In this document: one piece after another, positions 16,407-26,314 of the stretch | How the letters are laid out: every line of letters begins with the position of its first letter | Numbering within the stretch: the stretch's first letter is position 1 | Source: an uncultured virus (IMG/VR IMGVR_UViG_3300030330_002762) | Lineage: Duplodnaviria > Heunggongvirae > Uroviricota > Caudoviricetes | Reading direction: 5' to 3' (one strand) | Length of the DNA: 64,000 nucleotides | IMG/VR virus record: IMGVR_UViG_3300030330_002762 | Notes under the pieces: model-generated | The model's database searches: none | Told to the model about the DNA's origin: nothing | What the model saw: only the letters and a program-made list of their open reading frames with translations | Translations under genes and position numbers: made by a program

Positions 16407-16700
16407 ATGGCGTTTAAAATGAAAAACAAAGCTGCTATGAAAATGGCCAAAATGGCTGGTGATAACAGAGTAGCTATGAACATGAAAAAAGAACCTATGG
16501 CTATGAAAAAAGAGCCTATGACATTGAAGAAAGATCCAATGATGATGAAGAAAGAACCTATGACGTTAAAAAAAGATAATGCTATGAAGATGAAAAAAGG
16601 TGCTATGAAGATGAAAAAAGGTTCTCCTATGGATAAACCTCTTGTTGGTGATCAAGATAAATTACCAGAAAACTTGAAGAAAGAAATACTAAAGAAGTAG
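16407..16700 (+). CDS. Met/Lys-rich repeat protein, MAFK N-terminus
   Basis: KKEPMAM-KKEPMTL-KKDPMMM-KKEPMTL repeats. Confidence 0.7.
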   Translation: MAFKMKNKAAMKMAKMAGDNRVAMNMKKEPMAMKKEPMTLKKDPMMMKKEPMTLKKDNAMKMKKGAMKMKKGSPMDKPLVGDQDKLPENLKKEILKK

Positions 16701-16745
16701 AACTTTAAATCTACAAACAATTTAATTTAATAAAATAAAATACAT

Positions 16746-18311
16746 ATGGAATACAACTTACCAAGTGAGTTGGTGAAAGATCTTAGCTTTGGTGATAATG
16801 CTAAAGCTAAGGTAATCACCGGCGTAAATAAATTAGCCCAAGCCGTTAAATCTACATTAGGAGCGTCAGGTAAATGCGTTATCTACGAAGACGGTCGTGG
16901 CAAACCGGTCATAACAAAAGATGGTGTAACCGTTGCAGAAAGCGTAGTCTTGTTAGATCCGGTTGAGAACATGGGCGCAACGCTCATAAAAGAAGCCGCT
17001 AGAAATACAGTACGCGATGCTGGTGATGGCACAACAACTGCTACAGTATTAGCTGAAGCATTAATTCAACAAATAGACACTGCAGTCGCAGATGGTCTTA
17101 CAATCAGAGAAATTAAAGATGGAGTAAACGAAACACTAGATAGTGTTATTAGCTATTTAAATGATATCGCTATAGGTGTTGAAGGTGATATGCTCAACTC
17201 TGTTAGTGCTATATCTTGTAACAACGATAAAGAGCTAGGTGCTATTATAGCAGAAGCTTATGATAAAGTTGGTAAGCAAGGTGTTGTACTTATGGAAGAA
17301 AGTGAATCAGAAGATACTTATGTAGATATCGTAGATGGTGTACAAGTAGAATGTGGACTTACATCTCCACATTTTGTAACTAACACAGACAAACACACAT
17401 GTGAACTAGATAATCCTCTTGTGTTAATATGTTCATCTGAAATACCTAATATACGTAAGATACAAAACATATTAGAGTATGTTATTAAAAATAACCGATC
17501 TTTACTTATAGTAGCGCAAGTTGCTCAGCCAGTTAAGTCGGCATTATTAATGAATAAAGTAAAAGGTAATATAAAGGTTAATATAATAGATTTACCAGGC
17601 TTTGGTCCTACTAAGAAAGATGCTACTGAAGATCTAGCTATATTAACAGGTGCAACAGTACTTAATGAAGAGTTGGGTGATGATTTAGATCTTATGAAAC
17701 CAGAACACTTGGGTGAAGCTGAGTTTTCTATAACAAACGAAAAGCATACCGTACTTACTATAGAGGGTATGACAGATGGTATTGAAAATAGAATAAACGA
17801 ACTTAATAAAAAGTTTTCTAAAGAGCAAAACAACTTTTTAAAAAATAAACTAGAAGAAAGACTAGCTATGCTATCAGGTAGTGTAGGTATAATACGTGTT
17901 GGGGCAAACTCCAAGGTTGAACTCAAGGAAAAGAAAGATAGAATAGAAGATGCTATATATGCTACTAAAGCCGCTTTGCAAGAAGGTATAGTGCCAGGTG
18001 GTGGTGTAGCGTTGTTAAACGCATCTCAAAAAATTTCGACCAGCGATGCTGGTAAAGTATTGTTAAACGCATTGTCTTCACCGTTTGAAACTATCATGGA
18101 TAACGCTGGACTAAAACTTAACAAAGGCATGAAAGAAGGTTATGGCTGTAATGTTATAGATGGTAGTTTTGTTAAGATGGTTGATAGTGGTATTATTGAT
18201 CCAGTACTTGTAACTAAGTCTGCACTTAAAAATGCTGTAAGTGTAGCACTAACTATTATGTCAGCAGATTGTGTAATATCAAATATAAGAATAGAAAATG
18301 CAAGCAGTTAA
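16746..18311 (+). CDS. groEL: Chaperonin GroEL
   Basis: [34 protein letters not shown]. Confidence 0.97.
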   Translation: MEYNLPSELVKDLSFGDNAKAKVITGVNKLAQAVKSTLGASGKCVIYEDGRGKPVITKDGVTVAESVVLLDPVENMGATLIKEAARNTVRDAGDGTTTATVLAEALIQQIDTAVADGLTIREIKDGVNETLDSVISYLNDIAIGVEGDMLNSVSAISCNNDKELGAIIAEAYDKVGKQGVVLMEESESEDTYVDIVDGVQVECGLTSPHFVTNTDKHTCELDNPLVLICSSEIPNIRKIQNILEYVIKNNRSLLIVAQVAQPVKSALLMNKVKGNIKVNIIDLPGFGPTKKDATEDLAILTGATVLNEELGDDLDLMKPEHLGEAEFSITNEKHTVLTIEGMTDGIENRINELNKKFSKEQNNFLKNKLEERLAMLSGSVGIIRVGANSKVELKEKKDRIEDAIYATKAALQEGIVPGGGVALLNASQKISTSDAGKVLLNALSSPFETIMDNAGLKLNKGMKEGYGCNVIDGSFVKMVDSGIIDPVLVTKSALKNAVSVALTIMSADCVISNIRIENASS

Positions 18312-18555
18312 CGATTACGTAATAGTTGATATAGTAAAAGAAGGTCCAAAGAAAGTTGGTGGTCTTATATTAACAGACGAAACAGATGAAACAAACAGAT
18401 ATAAAAAAGCAAACATTATATCTGTAGGTAATATGGTTGATGTGGTTAAACAAGGTGATAGTATATACTACGATGCTGTAGCTGGACATGATATAGCGTA
18501 TAATGATACTATGTATCGTGTTATACGTGCTAGAGATATAGTTATAGTAGAATAA
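18298..18555 (+). CDS. groES: Co-chaperonin GroES
   Basis: D.VIV..GGLIL..ISVG..VKQGD; adjacent to groEL. Confidence 0.85.
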   Translation: MQAVNDYVIVDIVKEGPKKVGGLILTDETDETNRYKKANIISVGNMVDVVKQGDSIYYDAVAGHDIAYNDTMYRVIRARDIVIVE

Positions 18556-18574
18556 TTACTATTTAGTAAAAACG

Positions 18575-18588
18575 TGTGATTACTATTA
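18575..18588 (+). promoter_or_regulatory. Putative late promoter motif
   Basis: TGTGATTACTATTA; identical 14-mer on minus strand at 2688-2701. Confidence 0.55.
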
Positions 18589-18668
18589 AAGTAGATTATA
18601 CGTAAACTATAAACCATAAACAATAAACATAAAATCATAAATTAATTATAAACTTAAAAAACTTTGAA

Positions 18669-19025
18669 ATGAATAAAAAATTTTTATATTTCACTTCAGG
18701 AGCAATAGATGCTGGTGGAGGTGATGAAGAATGTATTTTAATCGGAGCTGATAATATTTCTCATTTTGAGATGGATGACGAAACTAGCTTAAAAATATTT
18801 GCTAAAGAAGGTATTGGGCAGATTGCTCAAGCTAATAGTACTAACAATGTGGTAATTGATTTAACAATAACTACTGGTAAGCACAAAGAAGTAATGGCAG
18901 CTATAGCTAGAACAATAAACAAAGGTCCTCACTCAAATGGGTTCTGTGTAATCGCGGATAAAGAAAAAGGAAAATTCTGCCACGCTGATATCACAGGTGT
19001 ACTTATTACAGTTATTGACGCTTAG
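18669..19025 (+). CDS. Hypothetical protein (paralog family B)
   Basis: LYF, SHFEM, IT.GKHKEVM, GF.V.AD shared with next ORF. Confidence 0.75.
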   Translation: MNKKFLYFTSGAIDAGGGDEECILIGADNISHFEMDDETSLKIFAKEGIGQIAQANSTNNVVIDLTITTGKHKEVMAAIARTINKGPHSNGFCVIADKEKGKFCHADITGVLITVIDA

Positions 19026-19055
19026 TAATTTTATAAACCTTTTAAAAATAATAAT

Positions 19056-19427
19056 ATGAATTTAAAAAACTATTTATACTTTGCTAAGGAAGCTCCTGAT
19101 GCAGGTACAGACGAAGAAGTAATAATGGTGGGCGCAGATGCTTTTTCACACTTTGAAATGAAAGACACAACAAAACTCCATATGTGGTTAAAAAAAGGAT
19201 ATGGCCAAGAGTTTTTCGACGCCGCTACTGATGCTAATATTTTAATAGGCATCACCATTACAGCTGGTAAACACAAAGAAGTTATGGAACATTTAGCTTC
19301 TCTAGCTACCGCTAATCATCCATATAGCGATGGCTTTATAGTTGTTGCGGATTCAGAAAACTCAGTATTTTCACATGCCGATATTAAGTCATGTAATGTT
19401 ATTGAAGTTGCTGACGCTTCTGCATAA
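19056..19427 (+). CDS. Hypothetical protein (paralog family B)
   Basis: Tandem paralog. Confidence 0.75.
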   Translation: MNLKNYLYFAKEAPDAGTDEEVIMVGADAFSHFEMKDTTKLHMWLKKGYGQEFFDAATDANILIGITITAGKHKEVMEHLASLATANHPYSDGFIVVADSENSVFSHADIKSCNVIEVADASA

Positions 19428-19867
19428 TGCGATTAACTAGTCACGATTTACGTGATTTACAAATTCTTAAGTATTACAGGCTCGTTAGAAAATGGGCCTG
19501 TAAAACTTACGGGTTAACAGATGCTGATCTTGAATTATTAATCTATTTAGATTGTAAAGGAAGATTCACGCGTCAAGAATTTATCGACGGAACATATACC
19601 ATGAGTTGGGATAAGAACCGTTGGGAAAAATTAAGGAGGAATGGTTGGATAGAAACTTGGAGACATAGAAATAGAACAACCATCAAATACTCTGTATTCA
19701 AAACCTCCTTTAAGTGTTCGCACTTAATAAGTAGAATTTACAGAATACTCTTAGGTGAAGAGGATATACCAACCTCTGAAAAGAGTATATTTTTTAATAA
19801 CAAATCATACACCGATAAGGTCATGAATAAGTCTATCGATGATATGATAAAAGATAATGAACGATGA
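19427..19867 (+). CDS. Hypothetical protein, possible winged-helix
   Basis: GLTDADLELLIYL..L.RNGWI pattern. Confidence 0.6.
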   Translation: MRLTSHDLRDLQILKYYRLVRKWACKTYGLTDADLELLIYLDCKGRFTRQEFIDGTYTMSWDKNRWEKLRRNGWIETWRHRNRTTIKYSVFKTSFKCSHLISRIYRILLGEEDIPTSEKSIFFNNKSYTDKVMNKSIDDMIKDNER

Positions 19868-20286
19868 TAGGAAATATAATTGGTGGCTTATTCAGCAAAG
19901 TAGTAGACAATGCAGAAGGAATACTTGATAAAGTTATTACAACAGACAAAGAAAGAGATGAAGCCAAGCTTGCTCTCAAAACATTATTACTCGAAGCTGA
20001 AAGAGAAGCATTCGCAAAAGAAGTCGAAGACAGAAAGAGCGCTAGAGATATGTACAAAGACGATGCATTTATTCAAAAAATACTTGCAACGTTATTCACG
20101 GCTGCGTACTTTGGATTAAGTTTCATGATGTTTAGGTACTTTGTAATAGGCGATATAAATATGGGTGAATTTGAGATAAGTTTTGTCTCAACAATATTCG
20201 GTGCTATGAGTGCCAAAGTTAATACAGTTGTCGACTTCTTCTTTGGAGGCTCGTCAAAGAAAAATGAACAAATAAATAAAAAATAA
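19864..20286 (+). CDS. Holin-like membrane protein (GTA 3TM holin-like)
   Basis: LDKVITTDKER, DRKSARDM, two TM stretches, FFFGGS. Confidence 0.65.
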   Translation: MIGNIIGGLFSKVVDNAEGILDKVITTDKERDEAKLALKTLLLEAEREAFAKEVEDRKSARDMYKDDAFIQKILATLFTAAYFGLSFMMFRYFVIGDINMGEFEISFVSTIFGAMSAKVNTVVDFFFGGSSKKNEQINKK

Positions 20287-20287
20287 A

Positions 20288-20980
20288 ATGGGAATAAATT
20301 CAACAGGAGTTGCTTATAACTTCGGACAATTAGGTAGTGCTTATACTGATTTAGAATCAAACATAATAGTACCACCTAAAGATCACGTAATAGTTGCAGT
20401 TCAAGCTTGTAGCGCAACAAATGTGTCAGTAAAAGTTCTAACACCAGAACGACTAAACAGTAATGGGCCAAATTTTGTTAATATTGGTGGAGGTACTGGT
20501 AGTGCAACTTTTTTAACCGCCCCAAACACAGGTAACGTCAACGGTGTAGTATCAGTAGCTTTAACAGATAACGCTGGTAGCGATATAAAAACAGTAGAGT
20601 TAAGTGGTGGAGCTAATGCAAAAGTAAAAGTAGGGCAATTTGTATTGTTAGCAAACGCTAACGCGCAAGTAGATGGTGTGCCAGCTTTAAGTATAGACAC
20701 TCAAACACCATCCCCTATTTACAATGGGCCAAATGCTAGAGGCGTTAAAATCGCTAAAATAGATGGAGTAAATGTTACATTAGAAGGTCACGGTACAACA
20801 GCTTTTGCTGGAATATCACCTGATAGTCAAATGTTAATATGTATTGATGAACAACATGGGGCTGGCGGTAAAGATCCTGGAAATGATCTTGAAATAGGTG
20901 CTGGTGTAACTATATATGGTAGATGGACAGAGTTTGGTACAAGTGACAATCACCCAGCAATTTGTTATTTCGGTAAATAA
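20288..20980 (+). CDS. Putative structural protein (paralog family C)
   Basis: Y.FGQ.GS..PP...V.VA..G.TIYGRWT shared with 21356-21757. Confidence 0.65.
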   Translation: MGINSTGVAYNFGQLGSAYTDLESNIIVPPKDHVIVAVQACSATNVSVKVLTPERLNSNGPNFVNIGGGTGSATFLTAPNTGNVNGVVSVALTDNAGSDIKTVELSGGANAKVKVGQFVLLANANAQVDGVPALSIDTQTPSPIYNGPNARGVKIAKIDGVNVTLEGHGTTAFAGISPDSQMLICIDEQHGAGGKDPGNDLEIGAGVTIYGRWTEFGTSDNHPAICYFGK

Positions 20981-21321
20981 TGGCATTAGGTAATAACTCG
21001 GGTAAAAACACTACTGGACATAAAGGTCAAATAGTTAAAGCAATAAAAGAACGTAGAATTGCAAAAGATTATAGATCTGTAACTGGTTCACCTATTCAAG
21101 GATCCGCGGCTTGTGGATACTCAGGTTCACTTAGTGAAACATATTACTTTAATGGCGCATTTGCAGATCCAAGACAAGGTGATGTAATGTACGCAAGTAA
21201 AAGAGCTAGAAGTAATAATAAAATGACAGCTGGTTATATTAAAGTTTTTGACGGTAGAAGTCATCATAATATACAGATAGATACAAGCGGTATTGTTAGA
21301 CGTACAACAGCTTGTCCTTAA
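20980..21321 (+). CDS. Hypothetical (likely structural) protein
   Basis: TAATG-coupled ORF. Confidence 0.6.
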   Translation: MALGNNSGKNTTGHKGQIVKAIKERRIAKDYRSVTGSPIQGSAACGYSGSLSETYYFNGAFADPRQGDVMYASKRARSNNKMTAGYIKVFDGRSHHNIQIDTSGIVRRTTACP

Positions 21322-21355
21322 ATTAACAATAATTAATAATTAAATAAAATAAAAT

Positions 21356-21757
21356 ATGGCATACAAAGACAATATAACAGATTATGGGTTTGGACAAATG
21401 GGTAGTGTTTTTTGTGATTCTGCAAATACACCTATTCAACCTCCATTAAATAAAGTTTTTGTTGCTATAACATTTATAGCTGAAACAAAACTAGAGTCAC
21501 ACTCTAGCGCAACTGATAGTGGTTTAATAGCAGATACATCTGACCCAAACGTTGAGTACGTTGGTACTGCTGTGGCCGCTCACAATGCTACTATAGATCA
21601 AACACCTACCCAACAAACAGTAACTACAGGTTGTGGAGGTGCAAGTATCGATAGTTCTAATATTTTTCCAAGAGGACTTACTATATATGGTAGATGGACT
21701 AGAGTTGAAATAGCTAATGGTGAAAGCGGCGCTTTAATTGCTTATATAGGAGACTAA
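21356..21757 (+). CDS. Putative structural protein (paralog family C)
   Basis: FGQMGS..TIYGRWT. Confidence 0.65.
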   Translation: MAYKDNITDYGFGQMGSVFCDSANTPIQPPLNKVFVAITFIAETKLESHSSATDSGLIADTSDPNVEYVGTAVAAHNATIDQTPTQQTVTTGCGGASIDSSNIFPRGLTIYGRWTRVEIANGESGALIAYIGD

Positions 21758-22755
21758 TGGCTTTAGGTTCACCGCTAGGCTTGCATTTTGATAGCTCAGT
21801 TTCAACTAATGTTGATCACCCTTATAGTGTAGATAAATTAATAGGCTGGTGGGATTTTACAGACAATAACGTTGTTTTTACTGGAGATATTGGTTCTTTA
21901 TCAACAGCTAGTACTGGTGACGCTATAAAACAAATAACAAACAAAGCTAATAGTGGTACAGATAATTTAGGTAATTTTTTAAGAACGTTTGGTAGTAGTA
22001 ATGCCGCTAATAGCTCAAATTTATATGGAATAACAACTATCAACGGTAATTTATTTAGATTTTGCTCAAGAGATGATAATAGTTCTACTAATGATTTACC
22101 ATTCGTTGCTTCAAGAGTAGATGGTTTTGGTGGTGTTGTAAATGGTAATGGGCTAGGAACCAGCGGAACTTTTTCCACATCTATAATCAATAATCATAAT
22201 TTAAGTATATTTTTTGTTATTGACTCTCTCTATACCAATGTTGTTGGAAGTTCTCAAGGAGATCACTTTATGGGTATAGGAGCAACGTTATCTGGATTTA
22301 GTAGTAGTGGTCCTCCATATGCTCCTGGTTTTAGACTTACAGCTAATAGATCCGGAGATGATTGGCAGTGGAGATCTCCAAGTTTAGATTCTGGTTCTCT
22401 TTTAGAGGTTACAAATTTAGACACTAATATTCAGTTAACAACAAATATAGAAGCTTGGTCTATAATAAATTCTTCAGGAACAAACGGTGTTAAAATGTAT
22501 AGAAATTTTGACACTAGCGATGGAGCTAGCACAACAATAACTAATAGTGGAACTGATGATGGTGTAAATTTTCAAATGAATGATGGTTGGTTTTCGCTTG
22601 GCGGTTACTCTTTAGATAAATTTCATAATGGAGTTTTTGATGAAAACTTTGTTAATGTAAAAATATTTGAAGTATTAATATACAACAAGGCTTTGACAGA
22701 TAATGAAAAATCAATTATAGAAAACTATATTAGATCAAAATATTATATAAATTAA
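21757..22755 (+). CDS. LamG/concanavalin-like virion surface protein
   Basis: GWWDF N-term and EVLIYNKALT..E..IENY C-term; Ser/Thr/Gly/Asn-rich. Confidence 0.6.
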   Translation: MALGSPLGLHFDSSVSTNVDHPYSVDKLIGWWDFTDNNVVFTGDIGSLSTASTGDAIKQITNKANSGTDNLGNFLRTFGSSNAANSSNLYGITTINGNLFRFCSRDDNSSTNDLPFVASRVDGFGGVVNGNGLGTSGTFSTSIINNHNLSIFFVIDSLYTNVVGSSQGDHFMGIGATLSGFSSSGPPYAPGFRLTANRSGDDWQWRSPSLDSGSLLEVTNLDTNIQLTTNIEAWSIINSSGTNGVKMYRNFDTSDGASTTITNSGTDDGVNFQMNDGWFSLGGYSLDKFHNGVFDENFVNVKIFEVLIYNKALTDNEKSIIENYIRSKYYIN

Positions 22756-22777
22756 TAATTAAATAAAATTAAATACA

Positions 22778-23059
22778 ATGGCAAAAAAACAAAAAACGGT
22801 TGAACTAAAACCAAAGGTAGAAAAAGTAAGTGATGAACACTTAGAAGATTTACAAAATGTAGTAAACTCTGTTAATTCTATACAGTTTAATATTGGTAAA
22901 GTAGAGGCTCAAAAACATAATCTTCTTCATGGATTAATTGAAGCTCAAGAGCAAATTGGAGTTCTTCAAAAAAAGATGTTAAAAGAATACGGTAGTTTTG
23001 ATATAAACCTACAAGATGGAACTATAAATTGGCCTAAAGAAAAAGAAGATGAAAAATAA
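22778..23059 (+). CDS. Coiled-coil hypothetical protein
   Basis: ORF with heptads, YG..DINL.DG. Confidence 0.65.
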   Translation: MAKKQKTVELKPKVEKVSDEHLEDLQNVVNSVNSIQFNIGKVEAQKHNLLHGLIEAQEQIGVLQKKMLKEYGSFDINLQDGTINWPKEKEDEK

Positions 23060-23273
23060 TATAATCAGAAAAATTACTATAGGTAAAGATTATAAAAACG
23101 ATTCAATGCACTATGCTGTTGATCAAGATGTTTATGGTGGTCATAAAATCTGTGATATAATAGAAGAAGAAGATAAGTATTGTATTTATATTAGAAAAGA
23201 AGAAGTGGTTATACCTTGGAAAGATTTTAATAAAAATATGGCTATATCTGTTGAGTACAATTTAGAATATTAA
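23049..23273 (+). CDS. Hypothetical protein
   Basis: Coupled ORF. Confidence 0.65.
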   Translation: MKNNIIRKITIGKDYKNDSMHYAVDQDVYGGHKICDIIEEEDKYCIYIRKEEVVIPWKDFNKNMAISVEYNLEY

Positions 23274-23860
23274 TGAAAGCTTATAAAGACTTTATTATAT
23301 CACCAATTGGTGAAAGATATAATAATTCTAAGAAAGTTGATGACAAAGAACTCATATTAAACACTGAAGTTTTTAATCATCAATATATAAATAGATTAGC
23401 AAAAGTAATCGCTACTCCACTATTATTTCAATCACCTATTAACGTGGGTGATGAAGTAATAGTGCATCATAATATTTTTAGAAGATGGACTGACGTTAAA
23501 GGTATAGAGCGAAATAGTAGATCATACTGGAAAGAAGATAAGTATATAATATCACAAGATCAAATATATTTATATAAAAAGCAAGAATGGTTAGCCATGC
23601 CAGGCTATAGTTTTGTTCAACCTATAAAATCAAATAACAAACTAACTAGTGATGTAGAGCAGCCATTAGTCGGTATTGTGAAATACACGGATGGTAATTT
23701 AAATGTAAATACACTTGTGGGTTTTACGCCTAATAGTGAGTATGAGTTTGTTATTGAAGGTAAAAGATTATATAGGGTTTTAAATAAATTTATTACAATT
23801 AAATATGAATATCAAGGAAACGAAGAAGAATATAATCCAAGCTGGGCACAAAGCGGTTGA
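23273..23860 (+). CDS. GroES-like protein (apparently tandem GroES folds)
   Basis: KVIATP..INVGDEVIVHHN; second half FVQP..GIVKY..LVGF..EF.IEG.RLY. Confidence 0.55.
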   Translation: MKAYKDFIISPIGERYNNSKKVDDKELILNTEVFNHQYINRLAKVIATPLLFQSPINVGDEVIVHHNIFRRWTDVKGIERNSRSYWKEDKYIISQDQIYLYKKQEWLAMPGYSFVQPIKSNNKLTSDVEQPLVGIVKYTDGNLNVNTLVGFTPNSEYEFVIEGKRLYRVLNKFITIKYEYQGNEEEYNPSWAQSG

Positions 23861-24080
23861 AGAATTAATTAAGGTTGCTAGAGAAGAGATAGTTGATTCA
23901 GACGAAGACATATCAGCAGACAGATTAAAAAATGCCGCGGCAACTAAGAAATTAGCTATATTCGATGCGTTTGAAATATTAAACAGAATCCACGAAGAAG
24001 AAGCAATGCTTGAAGGAAAAACAATAGAAGACGAAAAGAAAACTGCTTTCAAAGGATTTGCTGAAGGTAGATCAAAATGA
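23805..24080 (+). CDS. Putative terminase small subunit
   Basis: Helical 91-aa ORF immediately upstream of TerL. Confidence 0.45.
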   Translation: MNIKETKKNIIQAGHKAVEELIKVAREEIVDSDEDISADRLKNAAATKKLAIFDAFEILNRIHEEEAMLEGKTIEDEKKTAFKGFAEGRSK

Positions 24081-26314
24081 AATACGAACAAAGCTTATAT
24101 AAAATAGTAAAACCAATAAAGCTCAATACTTTAAAAAGATTAAATAAATCTAAAAAGTGGGAATATGGTTATAATAAAGAAAATGATATTGTTGTAATAT
24201 CAAGAACTGGGATGATTGGTGATGTTATAGAAATACAAGGATTTAAAATAGCTCTACCTAAACAACCAAAACAAATATACTCTTGCAGCAATGAAAAATC
24301 AAAACAAAAGTGGAAACAATTTCCGCCAAACCCTGATTTTAAAAAAATTAAAACAGTATTTGACTGGCAGGTTTACCCGGACGATTTTAAAGAAAAGCAT
24401 TACGGATATATTGACGAAGAGTTCAAAAGAAGAGAAGAGGGATTTTGGTTTATGAATCACGGTGAGCCAACATATATAACCGGTACTCACTATATGTACT
24501 TGCAGTGGAGTAAAATAGATGTTGGTGCTCCAGATTTTAGAGAGGCAAATAGATTGTTCTTTATATTTTGGGAAGCGTGTAAAGCAGATAATAGATGTTA
24601 TGGAATGTGTTATTTAAAAAACAGACGTTCAGGTTTTTCATTTATGAGTTCAGCTGAAACAGTTAACTTAGCAACACTTGCTAGTGATAGTAGGTTTGGT
24701 ATATTATCTAAATCAGGAGCTGATGCAAAGAAAATGTTTACTGACAAAGTTGTACCAATAAGTATTAATTATCCATTTTTCTTTAAACCGATACAAGACG
24801 GTATGGATAGACCAAAGTCTGAGTTAGCATACAGAGTACCTGCTAAAAAGTTTACACGTAAAAAAATACGTGAACGTGAAGAGGTTGATGACATGCAGGG
24901 TCTTGATACAACTATAGATTGGAAAAATACAGGTGATAATAGTTACGATGGTGAAAAGCTTTCTTTACTAGTACATGATGAAAGTGGTAAATGGGAGAGA
25001 CCTGATAATATAAAAAACAACTGGAGAGTTACAAAAACTTGTTTAAGACTAGGTAGTAGAGTTGTTGGCAAATGTATGATGGGGTCAACTTCTAACGCGT
25101 TAGATAAAGGGGGTGATAATTTTAAAAATCTATATTATGATTCAGATGTTACCAAGCGCAATAGAAATGGACAAACTAAGTCGGGATTATATTCTTTGTT
25201 TATTCCTATGGAATGGAATTACGAAGGATTCATTGATGAATTCGGACGACCTGTATTCAGTAATCCTAAACAACGAACACTTGATCCACATGGAATAGAA
25301 ATAGACCAAGGTGTTATAGATCATTGGGAAAACGAAGCTGAAGGACTAAGAGATGATCAAGACGCTTTAAATGAATTTTACCGACAGTTTCCTAGAACTG
25401 AAGAGCACGCGTTTAGAGATGAAACAAAAAATAGTTTATTTAATCTTATAAAAATATACGAGCAAATAGATTATAACGAAGGAAATAGAAGTTCATCTGT
25501 TATAACACCTGGTAATTTTCAGTGGTTAAATGGTAAAAAAGATACAATGGTAACTTTTAACCCAGATCCAAATGGTAGATTTAAAGTTAGTTGGGTACCA
25601 GGAGGTAAATTACAAAATAACGTTATTATTAAAAATGGCGTACGATATCCCGGTAATGAACATATGGGTGCATTTGGTTGTGACTCATATGATATATCTG
25701 GAACAGTAGATAAAAGAGGATCAAAAGGAGCTTTGCATGGATTAACAAAGTTTTCAATGGAAGACGCTCCAGCAAACACTTTTTTTCTTGAGTATATAGC
25801 AAGACCACAAACAGCTGAAATATTTTTTGAAGATGTTTTAATGGCGTTAGTATTTTATGGTATGCCACTACTTGCTGAGAATAACAAACCAAGGTTATTA
25901 TACTATTTGCGTAGAAGAGGCTATAGAGCTTTCAGCATGAATAGACCTGATAAAGTTTGGAATAAATTATCAACAGCAGAAAAAGAAGTTGGTGGTATAC
26001 CAAACTCTAGTGAAGACATAAAGCAAGCTCATGCTGCCGCAATTGAAATGTATATCAACGATCATGTTGGTCTATTAGAAGATGGTACTTATGGTACTAT
26101 GTATTTTAATGAGACGTTAAACGATTGGTCAAAGTTTGATATAAATAGAAGAACAAAACATGATGCTTCTATAAGTTCAGGTCTAGCAGTTATGGCTTGC
26201 AATAGACATTTATATAGACCAAACCCAAAACAAAAAAGACAACCTTTAAACCTACATATATCAAAATACAATAACAAAGGAGCTTCATCAAAGATAATTA
26301 AAAATAATATATGA
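24077..26314 (+). CDS. terL: Terminase large subunit
   Basis: Walker A-like LKNRRSGFS, Walker B VHDESGK, GST, nuclease GCDSYD and KHDA. Confidence 0.92.
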   Translation: MKYEQSLYKIVKPIKLNTLKRLNKSKKWEYGYNKENDIVVISRTGMIGDVIEIQGFKIALPKQPKQIYSCSNEKSKQKWKQFPPNPDFKKIKTVFDWQVYPDDFKEKHYGYIDEEFKRREEGFWFMNHGEPTYITGTHYMYLQWSKIDVGAPDFREANRLFFIFWEACKADNRCYGMCYLKNRRSGFSFMSSAETVNLATLASDSRFGILSKSGADAKKMFTDKVVPISINYPFFFKPIQDGMDRPKSELAYRVPAKKFTRKKIREREEVDDMQGLDTTIDWKNTGDNSYDGEKLSLLVHDESGKWERPDNIKNNWRVTKTCLRLGSRVVGKCMMGSTSNALDKGGDNFKNLYYDSDVTKRNRNGQTKSGLYSLFIPMEWNYEGFIDEFGRPVFSNPKQRTLDPHGIEIDQGVIDHWENEAEGLRDDQDALNEFYRQFPRTEEHAFRDETKNSLFNLIKIYEQIDYNEGNRSSSVITPGNFQWLNGKKDTMVTFNPDPNGRFKVSWVPGGKLQNNVIIKNGVRYPGNEHMGAFGCDSYDISGTVDKRGSKGALHGLTKFSMEDAPANTFFLEYIARPQTAEIFFEDVLMALVFYGMPLLAENNKPRLLYYLRRRGYRAFSMNRPDKVWNKLSTAEKEVGGIPNSSEDIKQAHAAAIEMYINDHVGLLEDGTYGTMYFNETLNDWSKFDINRRTKHDASISSGLAVMACNRHLYRPNPKQKRQPLNLHISKYNNKGASSKIIKNNI

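Noticed and set aside
18600..18660. ATAAAC-like short repeats in a leader
   Set aside because: Low-complexity A-rich leader typical of this genome; no fixed period
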